Shown piece by piece: positions 1 through 9,775 of a stretch of DNA of 32,000 bases. Within the stretch, counting starts at the first letter, position 1. Each line of letters begins with the position of its first letter. The notes below the pieces were generated by a model that was not told where the DNA came from, did no database searches, and worked only from the letters and a program-made list of their open reading frames with translations. The stretch is from Candidatus Atelocyanobacterium thalassa isolate ALOHA. Lineage in GTDB: Bacteria; Cyanobacteriota; Cyanobacteriia; Cyanobacteriales; Microcystaceae. The position numbers were made by a program, and so were the translations under genes. The stretch lies in the NCBI RefSeq assembly GCF_000025125.1, contig NC_013771.1, positions 450,001 through 482,000 on the forward strand, in the 5' to 3' direction.

Positions 1-233
1 GTTGCTTAAAAGCTTTACGAGTTAAGGGAACTAACATAAGTCACTGTTCATAAATACTCTATATTTATCGTTTAAATTAATACTGAAGACTAACATATTA
101 AGTATTTAATTCACACTATGATATGTGGAAATATTGATATTCAATAAATAAGAGTATGCATATATATTTAGTAATTATCTATGTAACAGTTTAACCTTAA
201 CAAATAGATAAATAATAAAACTTTATAGTATAT

Positions 234-1058
234 TTACTTACTCTTTAGAAGATATAAATAATTACTTAGTTCTATCCATTGATTGATACTAAGGTTTTCT
301 GCTCTTACTTTAAGATCAAGATTGTTTTTTTCCAAAAATTCAGTTATGTATTTAATATCCATAATGCTTTTTAAATTGTTATGCAACATTTTACGACGAC
401 TAGAAAAACCTAAGTTAATTAATTTTTCTAAGTGTGGCCGATTTAGAACAGAACTGTCCAAAATATGAGGACGAAGAGTTATTATTGCTGAATCAACTTT
501 TGGAGCAGGATAAAAAGCTTTAGAAGGAACATCACAAATGTAATTACAATGAGCTAAGTATTGTATTTTTGCCGATAACGCTCCATACATTTTATTCCCA
601 GGTAAAGCGGTAATTCTCTTTGCAACTTCTTTTTGAACTAATAAAACAATTATTTCATAAGGAAGATTGTAGGGTTCAGAAACACTACCTAATAACTTTT
701 CCAAAATAGGGTTAGTAATGTTGTAAGGAATATTTGCAACCACTTTGTTCATAGGCCAAAAAAGGTTGTAATTACTAATTTCTGTGAATAAATCTATTTT
801 AAGAATATCTTCTTGCAAGAGTAATAAGTTTTTACAATAATGAAATTTCTTCACCAATTGTTCATACAAGTCTCGATCTACTTCAATTGCAGTAACAGAA
901 GAAACTTCAGGTAAAAGCCGAGAAGTCAAGATACCTGTTCCTGGACCAATTTCCAAAACTTTGTCAATCTTGGTAAGATGAGCAGATTTTATAATTCTCT
1001 CTAAGACTGTATTATCTTTTAACCAGTGTTGCCCAAATCGTTTACGAGGATAAATCAT
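234..1058 (-). CDS. rsmA: 16S rRNA (adenine1518/1519-N6)-dimethyltransferase RsmA/KsgA
   Basis: 274-aa ORF. It has the N-terminal RKRFGQHWL, SAM-binding EIGPGTGILT and ANIPYNIT motifs characteristic of KsgA/RsmA dimethyltransferases. Confidence 0.93.
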   Translation of the reverse strand: MIYPRKRFGQHWLKDNTVLERIIKSAHLTKIDKVLEIGPGTGILTSRLLPEVSSVTAIEVDRDLYEQLVKKFHYCKNLLLLQEDILKIDLFTEISNYNLFWPMNKVVANIPYNITNPILEKLLGSVSEPYNLPYEIIVLLVQKEVAKRITALPGNKMYGALSAKIQYLAHCNYICDVPSKAFYPAPKVDSAIITLRPHILDSSVLNRPHLEKLINLGFSSRRKMLHNNLKSIMDIKYITEFLEKNNLDLKVRAENLSINQWIELSNYLYLLKSK

Positions 1059-1295
1059 TATAAACTTATATTAATCTACTAAATAATAAAAAATAGAACT
1101 TAATCTTATAAGATATTACTGTGTATATTGATTGATATATCAATTAGGAACATTCATTTTATTTATCCGATAAGATACTTAGTTGTTAAACTACTAATAA
1201 CTATAAGAAAAATTAAATATTTAAATTATTAATTTTGAGTAAATTTTATTAAAAGACTAGTTTATTTAAAAGCAAAAAATAGTAAGGAATATATT

Positions 1296-2444
1296 ATGCA
1301 AAATAAAAATATGTTGATGATTCCAGGTCCAACTCCTGTACCTGAAAGTGTTCTTTTAGCTATGGCTCAGCATCCTATTGGGCATCGTGGTCAAGACTTT
1401 AATCAAATTATCAGTGAAATTTCTCAAAATTTAAAATGGCTTCATCAAACTAAGGAAGATGTTCTCATGTTAACTGCTAGTGGCACAGGAGCTATGGAAG
1501 CAGCAATCATTAACTTCCTTAGTTCTGGCGACTCTGTCCTAATAGGCAATAACGGAAAATTTGGAGAACGCTGGGTAAATGTTGCCCGTGCTTTTGGATT
1601 AAAAGTTGATGAAATACGTGCTGAATGGGGCGAGCCGTTAGATCCTGAAATGTTTAAAGATAAGCTTATGAATGATAAAAGCAAAAAAATTAAAGCTGTT
1701 ATCGTTACTCATTCTGAAACTTCTACAGGAGTACTTAATGATTTAGAAACTATTAATAAGTACACTAAAGAACACGGAGAAGCTTTGATCATAGTTGATG
1801 CAGTTACAAGCTTAGGAACTGTAAATCTTCCTATCGATAAATGGGAATTAGATGTCGTAGCATCTGGAGCTCAAAAGGGATATATGATTCCTCCTGGACT
1901 AGGTTTTGTATCTGTGAGTCAAAAAGCTTGGAAAGCTTATCAGAATTCGAATTTACCTAAATTTTATTTAGATCTTGGAGCATACAAAAAAGCAATTAAT
2001 AACAATTCTTTTCCTTTCACGCCTCCAGTAAATTTAATTTATGGATTGCAAATTGCTTTAAGAATTATGAAAGCAGAAGGACTAGCTCAAATGTTTACTC
2101 GTCACCAAAAACTTGCTCAGGCAACTCGAATTGCTATTAAAACATTAGGTTTGAATTTATTAGCTACTGACGAATCAGCTAGCTATGCAATAACAGCTGT
2201 TTCTTCTTCTAAAATTGATATAACAAATATTTGTTATGTAATGAAGGAAAAGTTCAATATAATTTTGGCAGCAGGACAGGATCATATGAAAGGTAAAATT
2301 TTCCGTATAGGTCATTTAGGATTTATATGTGAACGAGATATATTAACGACTATTACATGCTTAGAAACAACTTTACAACTTTTAGGTGATACTAGCATAG
2401 TTTCAGGAAAAGCCGTATCCGAAGCTTTAAAATTTTTACCATAG
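1296..2444 (+). CDS. PLP-dependent class V aminotransferase, serine:pyruvate / alanine:glyoxylate type (legacy name: soluble hydrogenase small subunit)
   Basis: 382-aa ORF. It has an IPGPTP N-terminus, SGTGAMEA, and SGAQKG (candidate Schiff-base lysine), as in fold-type I class V aminotransferases. Substrate specificity cannot be read from the sequence. Confidence 0.85.
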   Translation: MQNKNMLMIPGPTPVPESVLLAMAQHPIGHRGQDFNQIISEISQNLKWLHQTKEDVLMLTASGTGAMEAAIINFLSSGDSVLIGNNGKFGERWVNVARAFGLKVDEIRAEWGEPLDPEMFKDKLMNDKSKKIKAVIVTHSETSTGVLNDLETINKYTKEHGEALIIVDAVTSLGTVNLPIDKWELDVVASGAQKGYMIPPGLGFVSVSQKAWKAYQNSNLPKFYLDLGAYKKAINNNSFPFTPPVNLIYGLQIALRIMKAEGLAQMFTRHQKLAQATRIAIKTLGLNLLATDESASYAITAVSSSKIDITNICYVMKEKFNIILAAGQDHMKGKIFRIGHLGFICERDILTTITCLETTLQLLGDTSIVSGKAVSEALKFLP

Positions 2445-2774
2445 TTTATCTATCATCTAATAATCTAGTAAGATGACTATCTTATTTTTATTAATGGATA
2501 GTAAATCTATAATGAATAAAACAACAATCAAGTTCATAGTTATTAATAAGTTGATAAATAAGCTCTTTATTAGAAATTAATTTGGTTATTGTCATTATTA
2601 GACTAGTATAACAAGAAGCAATATGATATGAAGTTCGGTTTATATATAATTAAAGCTGAAAAATTTTGAACCTAATAAAAAATTTGTATAACTATTAATA
2701 GATTTATTTTCTATTACTATTTTTCAAAAGAAAGTTATTAAGGTAAATATTATATAAATGATAGAAATACAATT

Positions 2775-2811
2775 AAATTTATAAAAAATAAAATTTATTT
2801 TTTATAAATTT
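2775..2811. repeat. perfect 37-nt palindrome made only of A and T (18 + 1 + 18)
   Basis: AAATTTATAAAAAATAAA-A-TTTATTTTTTATAAATTT. All 18 pairs were checked base by base. It lies ~330 nt after the aminotransferase stop and ~100 nt before the lpxD start. Confidence 0.9.
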
Positions 2812-2908
2812 TCAAGATTTACACTATTAAAATTTTGCTGAAAGGTATAGATTAGTTAGCGTATCTAATTATCTAACAAATTACTAATTTTATTTAACTT
2901 TAAATATT

Positions 2909-3943
2909 ATGAAATTCGAAAAAATTGTTAATAAGCTAGACTTTTTGAGTAATGGGAATAGCTTAGTCGATAATAAAAAATGTGAACTAGAAATAACGGG
3001 AGTATCATCTATTACTGAAGCAAAAACTGGACATTTAAGTTATATAGAAGGTCCAAAATTTGCCTCTATGATTAGTAAAACTTCTGCAAGTGCTTTAATT
3101 CTTCCACCTGATAAAAAATTACAAGAAGAAGCTACCGAAAGAGGAATATTGTGGCTAACAACATCTGAAACACGTTTAGCCTTTGCCCATGCTATTAAAT
3201 TATTTTATCAGCCTTTTCGTCCAGCTCCAGGAATAGATTCTACTTCGATAATTCATCCTTCCGTTAAAATTGGGGAAAATGTTTTCATAGGTCCTCACAC
3301 TATTATTCAACAAGATTCTGTAATTGAAGATGAAGTTTGTATTCAGGGAAATGTAGTAATTTATCCTGAAGTTATTATTGGAAATAATACTTTGCTACAT
3401 GCTAATTGCACTATTCATGAACGTACTCAAATTGGAAATAATTGTGTTATTCATAGTGGAGCAGTTATTGGAGCTGAGGGTTTTGGATTTGTTCCTATAG
3501 CTGAGGGTTGGTTTAAAATGGAACAATCTGGCTTTGTCTCTTTAGGAAATAATGTCGAAATTGGTTGCAATAGTGCAATAGACCGTCCTGCGGTAGGAAC
3601 AACACGTATTGAAAACAATACTAAAATAGATAATTTAGTGCATGTAGCTCATAATTGTAATATTGGGGAAAGTTGTGCTTTTGCAGCACAAGTAGGATTA
3701 GCGGGAGGAGTAAAAGTAGGAAAAAGAGTTATTCTTGCAGGACAAGTAGGGGTAGCAAACCAGGTTAGTATTGGTGATGGAGCAATTGCGACAGCACAAA
3801 CTGGTATTGCTAGTAATATTAATTCAGGAGAGGTCGTATCTAGTAGTCCAGCAATAGACAATAAGTTGTATTTAAAAGCATCTGCTATATATAAACGTCT
3901 TCCTGAAATGTATAAAATATTAAGAAATCTTCAAAAAAAATAG
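2909..3943 (+). CDS. lpxD: UDP-3-O-acylglucosamine N-acyltransferase LpxD
   Basis: 344-aa ORF. An N-terminal LpxD-type domain is followed by a long run of hexapeptide (left-handed beta-helix) repeats and a VHVAHNCNIG catalytic-His region. Confidence 0.9.
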   Translation: MKFEKIVNKLDFLSNGNSLVDNKKCELEITGVSSITEAKTGHLSYIEGPKFASMISKTSASALILPPDKKLQEEATERGILWLTTSETRLAFAHAIKLFYQPFRPAPGIDSTSIIHPSVKIGENVFIGPHTIIQQDSVIEDEVCIQGNVVIYPEVIIGNNTLLHANCTIHERTQIGNNCVIHSGAVIGAEGFGFVPIAEGWFKMEQSGFVSLGNNVEIGCNSAIDRPAVGTTRIENNTKIDNLVHVAHNCNIGESCAFAAQVGLAGGVKVGKRVILAGQVGVANQVSIGDGAIATAQTGIASNINSGEVVSSSPAIDNKLYLKASAIYKRLPEMYKILRNLQKK

Positions 3944-3968
3944 AAAACTTAAAATAGTATTCTCATAT

Positions 3969-3994
3969 ATAACTTTATCGTACAGATAAGTTAT
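3969..3994 (+). terminator. weak stem-loop 26 nt after the lpxD stop
   Basis: ATAACTT(T)ATC-GTACA-GATAAGTTAT. The stem is 10 bp with one bulged T and is followed by TATAAATAATT. A stem this short is near chance expectation in AT-rich DNA. Confidence 0.2.
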
Positions 3995-4046
3995 TATAAA
4001 TAATTAGTTAGTACAGAAGATACTATATCCCTCCTTACTTACGTTC

Positions 4047-4074
4047 TTGACTAACCAATTCATAAGTTTATAAG
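4047..4074 (+). promoter_or_regulatory. candidate sigma70-type promoter for gatB (TTGACT - 16 nt - TATAAG)
   Basis: TTGACT at 4047-4052 and TATAAG at 4069-4074, about 70 nt upstream of the gatB ATG. This is a pattern match only, and AT-rich spacers give many -10-like hexamers. Confidence 0.25.
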
Positions 4075-4144
4075 AATATTTATTGAACAATATAGTAAAG
4101 CTTACTATCAATCTAAAATAATTAATTAAATTAACTTTGTTGTA

Positions 4145-5629
4145 ATGATTAAATCTTCTTCTGATAAGAAATATGAAGCCGTTATTGGACTAGAAACTCA
4201 TTGTCAGTTAAATACTTCCAGTAAAATTTTTTGTACTTGTTCAACTAAGTTTAGTAGTTCTCCTAATACTAATATTTGTCCAATTTGCTTAGGATATCCC
4301 GGTGTATTACCTGTCCTTAATAAGGAAGTTTTATCTTCAGCTGTTAAACTAGGTCTTGCTTTAAAAGCTAAGATTGCTAATTATAGTAAGTTTGATAGAA
4401 AACAATATTTTTATCCTGATTTACCTAAGAATTATCAAATTTCTCAATATGATTTTCCTATTGTTGAGGGAGGTACTTTAGAGATTGAACTAACAGATAA
4501 AAATAATCAAGAAACTATATATAAAAATATCGGGATAACAAGATTACACATGGAAGAAGATGCAGGAAAATTGATTCACTCTGGAAGTGCTCAATTAACC
4601 GGCTCGAATTACTCTCTAATTGATTTTAATCGTACAGGAATACCTTTATTAGAAATTGTTTCTGAACCAGATTTAAGAACAGGTCAAGAAGCAGCAGAAT
4701 ATGCTCAAGAATTACGCCGTCTAGTACGTTATCTGAAGATTAGTGATGGAAATATGCAAGAAGGATCCTTGCGCTGCGACGTAAATATTTCTGTTCGTCT
4801 TTTAGGGCAAATAGAGTATGGCACAAAAGTAGAAATTAAGAATATGAACTCTTTTAGTGCAATTCAGAAAGCTATAGAGTATGAAATTAATAGACAGACT
4901 CATCTATTAGATAATAATGAAACTATTTTTCAAGAAACACGTTTGTGGGATGAATCATCACAAGAAACGATAAGTATGAGGAAAAAAGCAGGTGCTAGCG
5001 ATTATCGCTATTTTCCTGAGCCCGATCTTCCTCCAATTGAGATTTTAAGTGATCAATTAGAATTTTGGAAGAAAGAGTTACCTGAACTTCCTGCTTATAA
5101 ACGTAGACGTTATCAAGATATATTTGGATTATCTTCTTATGATGCACGTATCTTAAGTGATGATCGAGAAATTGCTGAATACTTTGAAGAAACTGTGTCC
5201 AATGGTGCAGATGTTAAGTTAGTAGCAAATTGGATAACACAAGAAATTGCAGCATATCTTAATAATGAAAAGTTAGCCATAACTGAAATTGCTCTAAGAC
5301 CCAAGCATCTAGAAGAATTGGTTCTATTGATTGAAAAGAAAGTTATTAGCGGAAAAATTGCCAAAGAAATTCTTCCTACTTTGTTAAAAGAAGGAGGATC
5401 ACCTCAGGATATTGTTAATAAGAACGGATTAACTCAAATTTCTAGTGAAGAAACAATTATAAAAATTATTAATGAAGTTATTGAGGAGAATCCTTTAGAA
5501 GTAGATAAGTATAAGGCGGGTAAAAAGAAATTAAAAGGCTTCTTTGTAGGACAAGTTATGAAAAAAAGCGAAGGAAGAGCCGATCCTAAACTGACCAATC
5601 AGTTAATAGAGAAAAAATTAAATGAATAG
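4145..5629 (+). CDS. gatB: Asp-tRNA(Asn)/Glu-tRNA(Gln) amidotransferase subunit B
   Basis: 494-aa ORF. It has GLETHCQL, CPICLGYPGVLP, HMEEDAGK and DYRYFPEPDLPP motifs, plus a C-terminal GatB/YqeY tail (GFFVGQVMK). Confidence 0.95.
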   Translation: MIKSSSDKKYEAVIGLETHCQLNTSSKIFCTCSTKFSSSPNTNICPICLGYPGVLPVLNKEVLSSAVKLGLALKAKIANYSKFDRKQYFYPDLPKNYQISQYDFPIVEGGTLEIELTDKNNQETIYKNIGITRLHMEEDAGKLIHSGSAQLTGSNYSLIDFNRTGIPLLEIVSEPDLRTGQEAAEYAQELRRLVRYLKISDGNMQEGSLRCDVNISVRLLGQIEYGTKVEIKNMNSFSAIQKAIEYEINRQTHLLDNNETIFQETRLWDESSQETISMRKKAGASDYRYFPEPDLPPIEILSDQLEFWKKELPELPAYKRRRYQDIFGLSSYDARILSDDREIAEYFEETVSNGADVKLVANWITQEIAAYLNNEKLAITEIALRPKHLEELVLLIEKKVISGKIAKEILPTLLKEGGSPQDIVNKNGLTQISSEETIIKIINEVIEENPLEVDKYKAGKKKLKGFFVGQVMKKSEGRADPKLTNQLIEKKLNE

Positions 5630-5726
5630 TTAAAATCAAGAAATAACTACACATAAAAGTGATATATAGATTGATCTTAATAATCTTTTCAACTATTGCT
5701 TATCTCATATTAATAATGCATTTATT

Positions 5727-6521
5727 TTATCCAAATTTTCCATTGATGTAATGCTTAGTTGATTCCATCGTAGGGTCATTGAAAATAATTTCAGTTTTAT
5801 TATACTCAATTAATTGACCTGTTCTTTTTCCTTTATCTATTATTGCTAGATTATAAAATGCTGTAAGGTCAGATATCCTTGAAGCCTGATACATGTTATG
5901 GGTAACAATAACAATAGTATGCTCCTTTTTCAAGTTATTAATTAATTCTTCTATTTTCAAGGTCGAGATAGGGTCTAAAGCCGCACACGGTTCGTCCATC
6001 AAAATAACATCAGGTTTTATAGCTATAACACGTGCTATACATAGTCTTTGTTGTTGACCTCCCGACAAGATTAATCCGCTTCTATGCAATTTATCTTTAG
6101 TTTCATCCCAAACAGCTGCTTTTTTAAGAGAAGTCTCTACGAGCTCATCCATATTACCTTTGAATCCATTGACTCTTGCACCAAAAGCAATGTTTTCATA
6201 GATAGATTTTGGGAAAGGATTAGGCCTTTGAAATACCATTCCAATGCTAGAGCGTAAGTCTACAGGATCAAGTTTTTTAGAGTAAATATCTTTACCATAA
6301 TATGTTATCTTACCAGATACTCTAGCATTAGGGATTAAATCATTCATACGGTTAAAGCATCGCAATACAGTACTTTTACCACATCCGGAAGGACCAATAA
6401 AGGCTACCACTTTACCTTTAGGAATGACTAAGTCAACTCCCCTAACCACTAGATTAGAGCCATAGAAGACATTAAGATTTTCTGCTTTTAAAATAGGTTC
6501 TATTTTAATACTATTTTTCAT
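5727..6521 (-). CDS. pstB: phosphate ABC transporter ATP-binding protein PstB (distal copy)
   Basis: 264 aa. It has Walker [10 protein letters not shown], PstB-typical [15 protein letters not shown], signature [13 protein letters not shown], Walker [12 protein letters not shown] and H-loop VTHNM. It is the last gene of the pst cluster. Confidence 0.93.
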   Translation of the reverse strand: MKNSIKIEPILKAENLNVFYGSNLVVRGVDLVIPKGKVVAFIGPSGCGKSTVLRCFNRMNDLIPNARVSGKITYYGKDIYSKKLDPVDLRSSIGMVFQRPNPFPKSIYENIAFGARVNGFKGNMDELVETSLKKAAVWDETKDKLHRSGLILSGGQQQRLCIARVIAIKPDVILMDEPCAALDPISTLKIEELINNLKKEHTIVIVTHNMYQASRISDLTAFYNLAIIDKGKRTGQLIEYNKTEIIFNDPTMESTKHYINGKFG

Positions 6522-6569
6522 ATTTATATCTTGAACTTTATCTAGTCAATAACAATAAGTTAGTTAAAA

Positions 6570-7403
6570 TTAACCAAAATGTCCGCTTATATAATTTTGA
6601 GTATCTAACTTAGTTGGACATTCAAAAATTACTTTTGTATTATTATATTCTGCCAAAAAACCGACTTTTTTCCCTTCTTTAGTAGTTTCTGCATTAAAAA
6701 ATGCTGTATAGTCGGCTACTCTTCTCGCTTGTTGCATATTGTGAGTTACTAAAATTACAGTATAGTTCTGTTTTAATTCATTTATTAGCTCTTCTATTTT
6801 TAAAACTGATATTGGATCAAGAGCTGAACAAGGTTCATCCATAAGAATAACTTCAGGTTTTGCTGCAATTGTACGAGCTATGCATAATCTTTGCTGTTGA
6901 CCCCCTGATAAGGAAAAGCCACTTTCTCCCAACTTGTCTTTGACTTCATCCCAAAGAACTACTTTTTTTAATGAAGTTTCTACTAATTCATCTAAATCTC
7001 CCTTAAAATTATTAATTCTAGCTCCATAAGCTACATTGTCATAAATAGTTTTTGGAAAAGGATTAGGCTTTTGAAATACTATACCAATACGCTTTCTTAC
7101 TTCAATAGGATCAATATTAGAAGCATATAAATCTTGTTTATAATATATAATTTTGCCTTTGAGATGAAAAGAATCAATTAAATCATTAAGTCTATTTAAA
7201 CATCTCAACATTGTACTTTTCCCACATCCAGAAGGGCCAATTAGAGCAGTGACTTTATTCTTAGGAATTGTGAAAGTAACATCACGGATAGCTTTATGTT
7301 TTCCATAATAGACATTAACAGAATCTAAAGTGAAAATTGTTTCTAGAATTTGTAAAGATTTAGAATCTTGTATATATTCCATCGTATTTTGGTCTTTAAA
7401 CAA
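6570..7403 (-). CDS. pstB: phosphate ABC transporter ATP-binding protein PstB (proximal copy)
   Basis: 277 aa with the same motif set ([53 protein letters not shown]). The ORF-track start is a TTG at 7403, preceded by GAGGA about 9 nt upstream. An in-frame ATG at 7382 is an alternative start. Confidence 0.9.
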   Translation of the reverse strand: MFKDQNTMEYIQDSKSLQILETIFTLDSVNVYYGKHKAIRDVTFTIPKNKVTALIGPSGCGKSTMLRCLNRLNDLIDSFHLKGKIIYYKQDLYASNIDPIEVRKRIGIVFQKPNPFPKTIYDNVAYGARINNFKGDLDELVETSLKKVVLWDEVKDKLGESGFSLSGGQQQRLCIARTIAAKPEVILMDEPCSALDPISVLKIEELINELKQNYTVILVTHNMQQARRVADYTAFFNAETTKEGKKVGFLAEYNNTKVIFECPTKLDTQNYISGHFG

Positions 7404-7437
7404 CTAAATTTTCCTCATTACATTATGTTTATAAGAA

Positions 7438-8319
7438 TTAATGAGTTTTTTCCCGAGTAGCTAAACGAGATGCAATACTTGTTATTAACACTAAGAAAAC
7501 TAAAATCAAGGATGCGGACCAAGCAAGTTGTTTCTGAGGTTCAAACGGCACAACTGAGAAATTATAGATTAGTACCGAGAGAGTAGCGATTGGTTCTATA
7601 AGACCTTCTGGAGGATTGCTGGCCCAAAAATTTGAATAAAGTGCTGTAAAAAGTAAAGGGGCTGTTTCGCCTGCTGCGCGAGCAATTGCTAAAGTAATAC
7701 CTGTTACTATAGTAGGAGCTGCTGCTGGTAAAATCACTCCTAGGACTGCTTGGTAATTGTATGCTCCAATTCCTAAAGCGGCCCATCGCAAATCTTGAGG
7801 GACAATTTGTAAAGCTTCATCAGTAGTTTTGGTAATAGTAGGCAGCATAAGTACAGAAAGGGCAGTTCCTCCAGCAATAGCAGAGAACCCTATGATTTTC
7901 GTTGCTATTAGTAATCCATATATGAATACTCCAATAAGTATAGAAGGAACTCCGCTTAAAACGCTAGCAGTAAATCTAACCCAGTAAGCAATTTTATTAT
8001 TACCGCTAAATTCTGCAAGATAAATAGCTGCAAAAATTCCTATAGGAATTGCAATTAAAGAACCAATACCAACAGTTAATAAAGTACCAAGAATTGCATG
8101 AGCAATTCCTCCTTCCGAATATCCAGGAGGTGGTGATAGTTGAGTAAAAAGTGGATAATCAATTCTGCGTACGCCGCTATATCCTACAAAAAATAATACT
8201 GCGAATAAAGGAACAACAGTGCATAACATGCATAAAAAAGCGGTAGCAGTCCAAAAAACGTCAAATAATGAACGGGTAGTTATAAGCTTTTTTGTAATAC
8301 TTAATTCTTGATCTTCCAT
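7438..8319 (-). CDS. pstA: phosphate ABC transporter permease PstA
   Basis: 293-aa polytopic membrane protein with the PstA-type permease loop (TDEALQIVPQDLRWAALGIGA, IARAAGETAPLLFT). Its position between pstC and pstB supports the call. Confidence 0.9.
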   Translation of the reverse strand: MEDQELSITKKLITTRSLFDVFWTATAFLCMLCTVVPLFAVLFFVGYSGVRRIDYPLFTQLSPPPGYSEGGIAHAILGTLLTVGIGSLIAIPIGIFAAIYLAEFSGNNKIAYWVRFTASVLSGVPSILIGVFIYGLLIATKIIGFSAIAGGTALSVLMLPTITKTTDEALQIVPQDLRWAALGIGAYNYQAVLGVILPAAAPTIVTGITLAIARAAGETAPLLFTALYSNFWASNPPEGLIEPIATLSVLIYNFSVVPFEPQKQLAWSASLILVFLVLITSIASRLATREKTH

Positions 8320-8610
8320 AGTTAAATAATGTTTAGTAATAGTTCACAAACTTTTAAACAGAATAGGAAGTTTACAAATACACTGCAAAAGATGTCGTTT
8401 GAAAATTTTTTTTATAAAAAATGATAAATAACCTCATTTTCAAAGTTAGTTTAGGTTAAACAGTAGATTAACGTTGAAGAATATTTTTAGAAAAAGTATT
8501 CCACAAATCATTATCTCACAAATTATTAACTGACAAATGACTATAAGTTTGAATTCGTAAAAAATTCAAAGGTTTTTCTGTTATTTAGTCTTTGCTCTTT
8601 TAAGAGTTAA

Positions 8611-9570
8611 TTATCTAATACGAGTTCTATCAATAATAAAGCCAGCAAATATATTTACAATAAATGTTAAAAACAATAATACTAAACCTGCATACATTAA
8701 TGCTGAAACTTGCATTCCTGAAGCTTCAGCGAACTGGCTGGCAATAAGAGAAGAAATAGTATTAGCAGGTTCTAGAACAGATACACTAATCTTGTTAACA
8801 TTACCAATAATCATGGTAACAGCCATAGTTTCCCCCATTGCTCTACCTAAAGCTAACATAATACCTCCAGCAATGCCAGGAAAAGCAGCAGGTATAAGAA
8901 CACGAAAAAGTGTTTGCCACCGAGTTGCTCCTAGACCTAAAGAAGCTTGCTTTAAATCGACAGGAAGAGAGTCGAGGGATTCTCTGGCAATAGCAGTGAT
9001 GATGGGTAATATCATAATAGCTAAAATAATACCTGAGGCAAGAAGCCCTGTACCACCTATCGGAGGTTTACTGAAAATTGGTACCCAATACAAAGTATTA
9101 TATAGCCATTCAGAAAGGGGACGTACTAAAGGAGTTAAGATGAAGATACCCCAAAGACCATAGACAACACTAGGAATAGCAGCAAGTAATTCTACTAAAA
9201 AGATTAAAGGAACCCTGATTTGGGTAGGTATAAAATCTTTACTCAGAAAGATAGCTGTTCCAACCCCCAGAGGCGCAGCAAAGAATATACCTATAAAAGA
9301 ACTGGCTATAGTCCCATAAACAACAGGTAATGCACCATAATTTTCACGTCCAATCACTGGATTCCAGGACATACTAAGAATAAAACCCAACCCATATTCT
9401 AAGATGGCTGGCCATGCACGCCAGATAATAACACCAAAAATGGCAACTAATATCAAGCTAATTCCGATAGCAAGTCCCAGAGTTAGTAGCCTAAACAACT
9501 TATCAATGGTTTTCTCGAAAGTAGCACGAGATCCTACTCCCGTTTGTCGTCTAGAAAATAGTCGGGTCAC
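8611..9570 (-). CDS. pstC: phosphate ABC transporter permease PstC
   Basis: 319-aa polytopic membrane protein with the PstC-type loop (ARESLDSLPVDLKQASLGLGATRWQT, LGRAMGETMAVTM). It has a GTG start at 9570 and no early in-frame ATG. Confidence 0.9.
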   Translation of the reverse strand: MTRLFSRRQTGVGSRATFEKTIDKLFRLLTLGLAIGISLILVAIFGVIIWRAWPAILEYGLGFILSMSWNPVIGRENYGALPVVYGTIASSFIGIFFAAPLGVGTAIFLSKDFIPTQIRVPLIFLVELLAAIPSVVYGLWGIFILTPLVRPLSEWLYNTLYWVPIFSKPPIGGTGLLASGIILAIMILPIITAIARESLDSLPVDLKQASLGLGATRWQTLFRVLIPAAFPGIAGGIMLALGRAMGETMAVTMIIGNVNKISVSVLEPANTISSLIASQFAEASGMQVSALMYAGLVLLFLTFIVNIFAGFIIDRTRIR

Positions 9571-9775
9571 AATAAACCTAGTAATTTTTGCGCTTTAATA
9601 AACAACAATGAAAAAAGAAGAGATTAGAAGAGAATCTATAATTTCAATTTCACTGAAATTCAGAATTTTATGGTGAAAAATATTCATAAATCACGAAATA
9701 AAGCTTGAGCTTTCAGATTATTGTTTGGTTTGATCAAACTCAGTAAGATTAATATCATAATCAGGGCTAATAGTA

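Noticed and set aside
132-146. TATTGATATTCAATA resembles TATTGATAATCAATA at 10982-10996 (20 of 22 identical with flanks). ATATTGAT recurs at 1125, 25156 and 28641, and in reverse at 24714. I considered a possible shared operator motif.
   Set aside because: By my estimate, several 20-of-22 matches between spacer positions are expected by chance at this A+T content. The 8-mer count (6) is only about twice expectation.
283-468. 61-aa ORF on the plus strand
   Set aside because: It lies entirely antisense within the well-supported rsmA CDS, has low-complexity AT-codon composition, and resembles no family.
1131-1144. 14-bp perfect palindrome ATTGATATATCAAT in the rsmA/aminotransferase divergent spacer
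   Set aside because: Palindromes with 7-bp arms are expected several times by chance in ~7.7 kb of AT-rich spacer.
1445-1684. 79-aa ORF on the minus strand
   Set aside because: It is a shadow ORF antisense to the aminotransferase CDS.
3649-3861. 70-aa ORF on the minus strand
   Set aside because: It is a shadow ORF antisense to the repetitive hexapeptide region of lpxD.
5137-5364. 75-aa ORF on the minus strand
   Set aside because: It is a shadow ORF antisense to gatB.
7562-7786. 74-aa ORF on the minus strand in an alternative frame
   Set aside because: It is embedded out of frame inside pstA. Its R/S-rich translation is typical of an off-frame reading.
8506-8515. AATCATTATC, identical to the last 10 nt of the classical Fur-box consensus, in the pstC/pstA gap
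   Set aside because: It is a half-site only, with no matching other half and no iron-related gene adjacent.
8792-9163. 123-aa ORF on the plus strand
   Set aside because: It is antisense to pstC, and the pstC frame has clear permease motifs.
9404-9598. 64-aa ORF on the plus strand
   Set aside because: It is antisense to the 5' end of pstC, with no independent support.
9728-9739. 12-bp palindrome GTTTGATCAAAC ~37 nt after the pstS stop, and AATTTCA-C-TGAAATT at 9646-9660
   Set aside because: Both are too short to distinguish from chance. They may still be weak intra-operon structures, but I cannot support that.
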